This document shows, piece after piece, positions 63,987 to 64,000 of a stretch of 64,000 bases of DNA. Every line of letters begins with the position of its first letter. Position 1 is the stretch's first letter. Below the pieces are notes generated by a model. That model ran no database searches. It was not told the DNA's origin and saw only the letters and a list, made by a program, of their open reading frames with translations. Source of the DNA: Dipteris shenzhenensis (taxonomy: Eukaryota); the NCBI GenBank assembly GCA_047967505.1, contig CM106538.1. The stretch is one strand, 5' to 3'. The position numbers and the translations under genes are program-made.

Positions 63987-64000
63987 GGCAGTAGAGGTCT

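Larger units (their letters stand above)
62010..64000 (+). mobile_element. LINE (L1-type) 5' part, running out of the window
   Basis: ~800-bp pyrimidine-rich leader with CTCTCAGCC repeats, followed by ORF1. Confidence 0.8.

Noticed and set aside
1-64000. rRNA, tRNA or prokaryotic operons
   Set aside because: None seen; the only tRNA-related sequences are primer-binding sites.

Overview
Eukaryotic plant nuclear DNA, almost entirely nested and decayed transposons. A fern-like seed-free plant is my guess from the TE repertoire and the giant intron, not something the sequence proves. (1) 1-11.8 kb: a decayed, minus-strand multi-gene region (FCP1/NIF-like phosphatase domain, possible methyltransferase-fold relic, two unknown ORFs) punctuated by four clusters of a palindrome, GAGAATGGCACTAGTGCCATTCTC; a rearranged 2-kb gag-only LTR element is inserted in it. 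(2) 11.8-30.1 kb: four Ty1/copia elements (B1, B2, C, and D nested in C) plus a 499-bp LTR-ended mini-element inserted into its own homologous site. (3) 30.5-33.5 kb: a Helitron-class Rep/PIF1 helicase with a C-terminal APE-type endonuclease (Helentron-like). (4) 33.6-38 kb: DNA-transposon debris. (5) 39.6-56.2 kb: the last three coding exons of an apparently intact minus-strand host gene. Its 15.9-kb intron holds a solo LTR, a chromovirus fragment, a Ty3/gypsy element, a full-length copia (E) and an inverted sibling (E'). (6) 57.5-64 kb: LINE ORF1 remnants and a possible hAT fragment. No rRNA, tRNA or CRISPR. Translations outside the ORF track, alignments and counts were done by eye; no database was searched.
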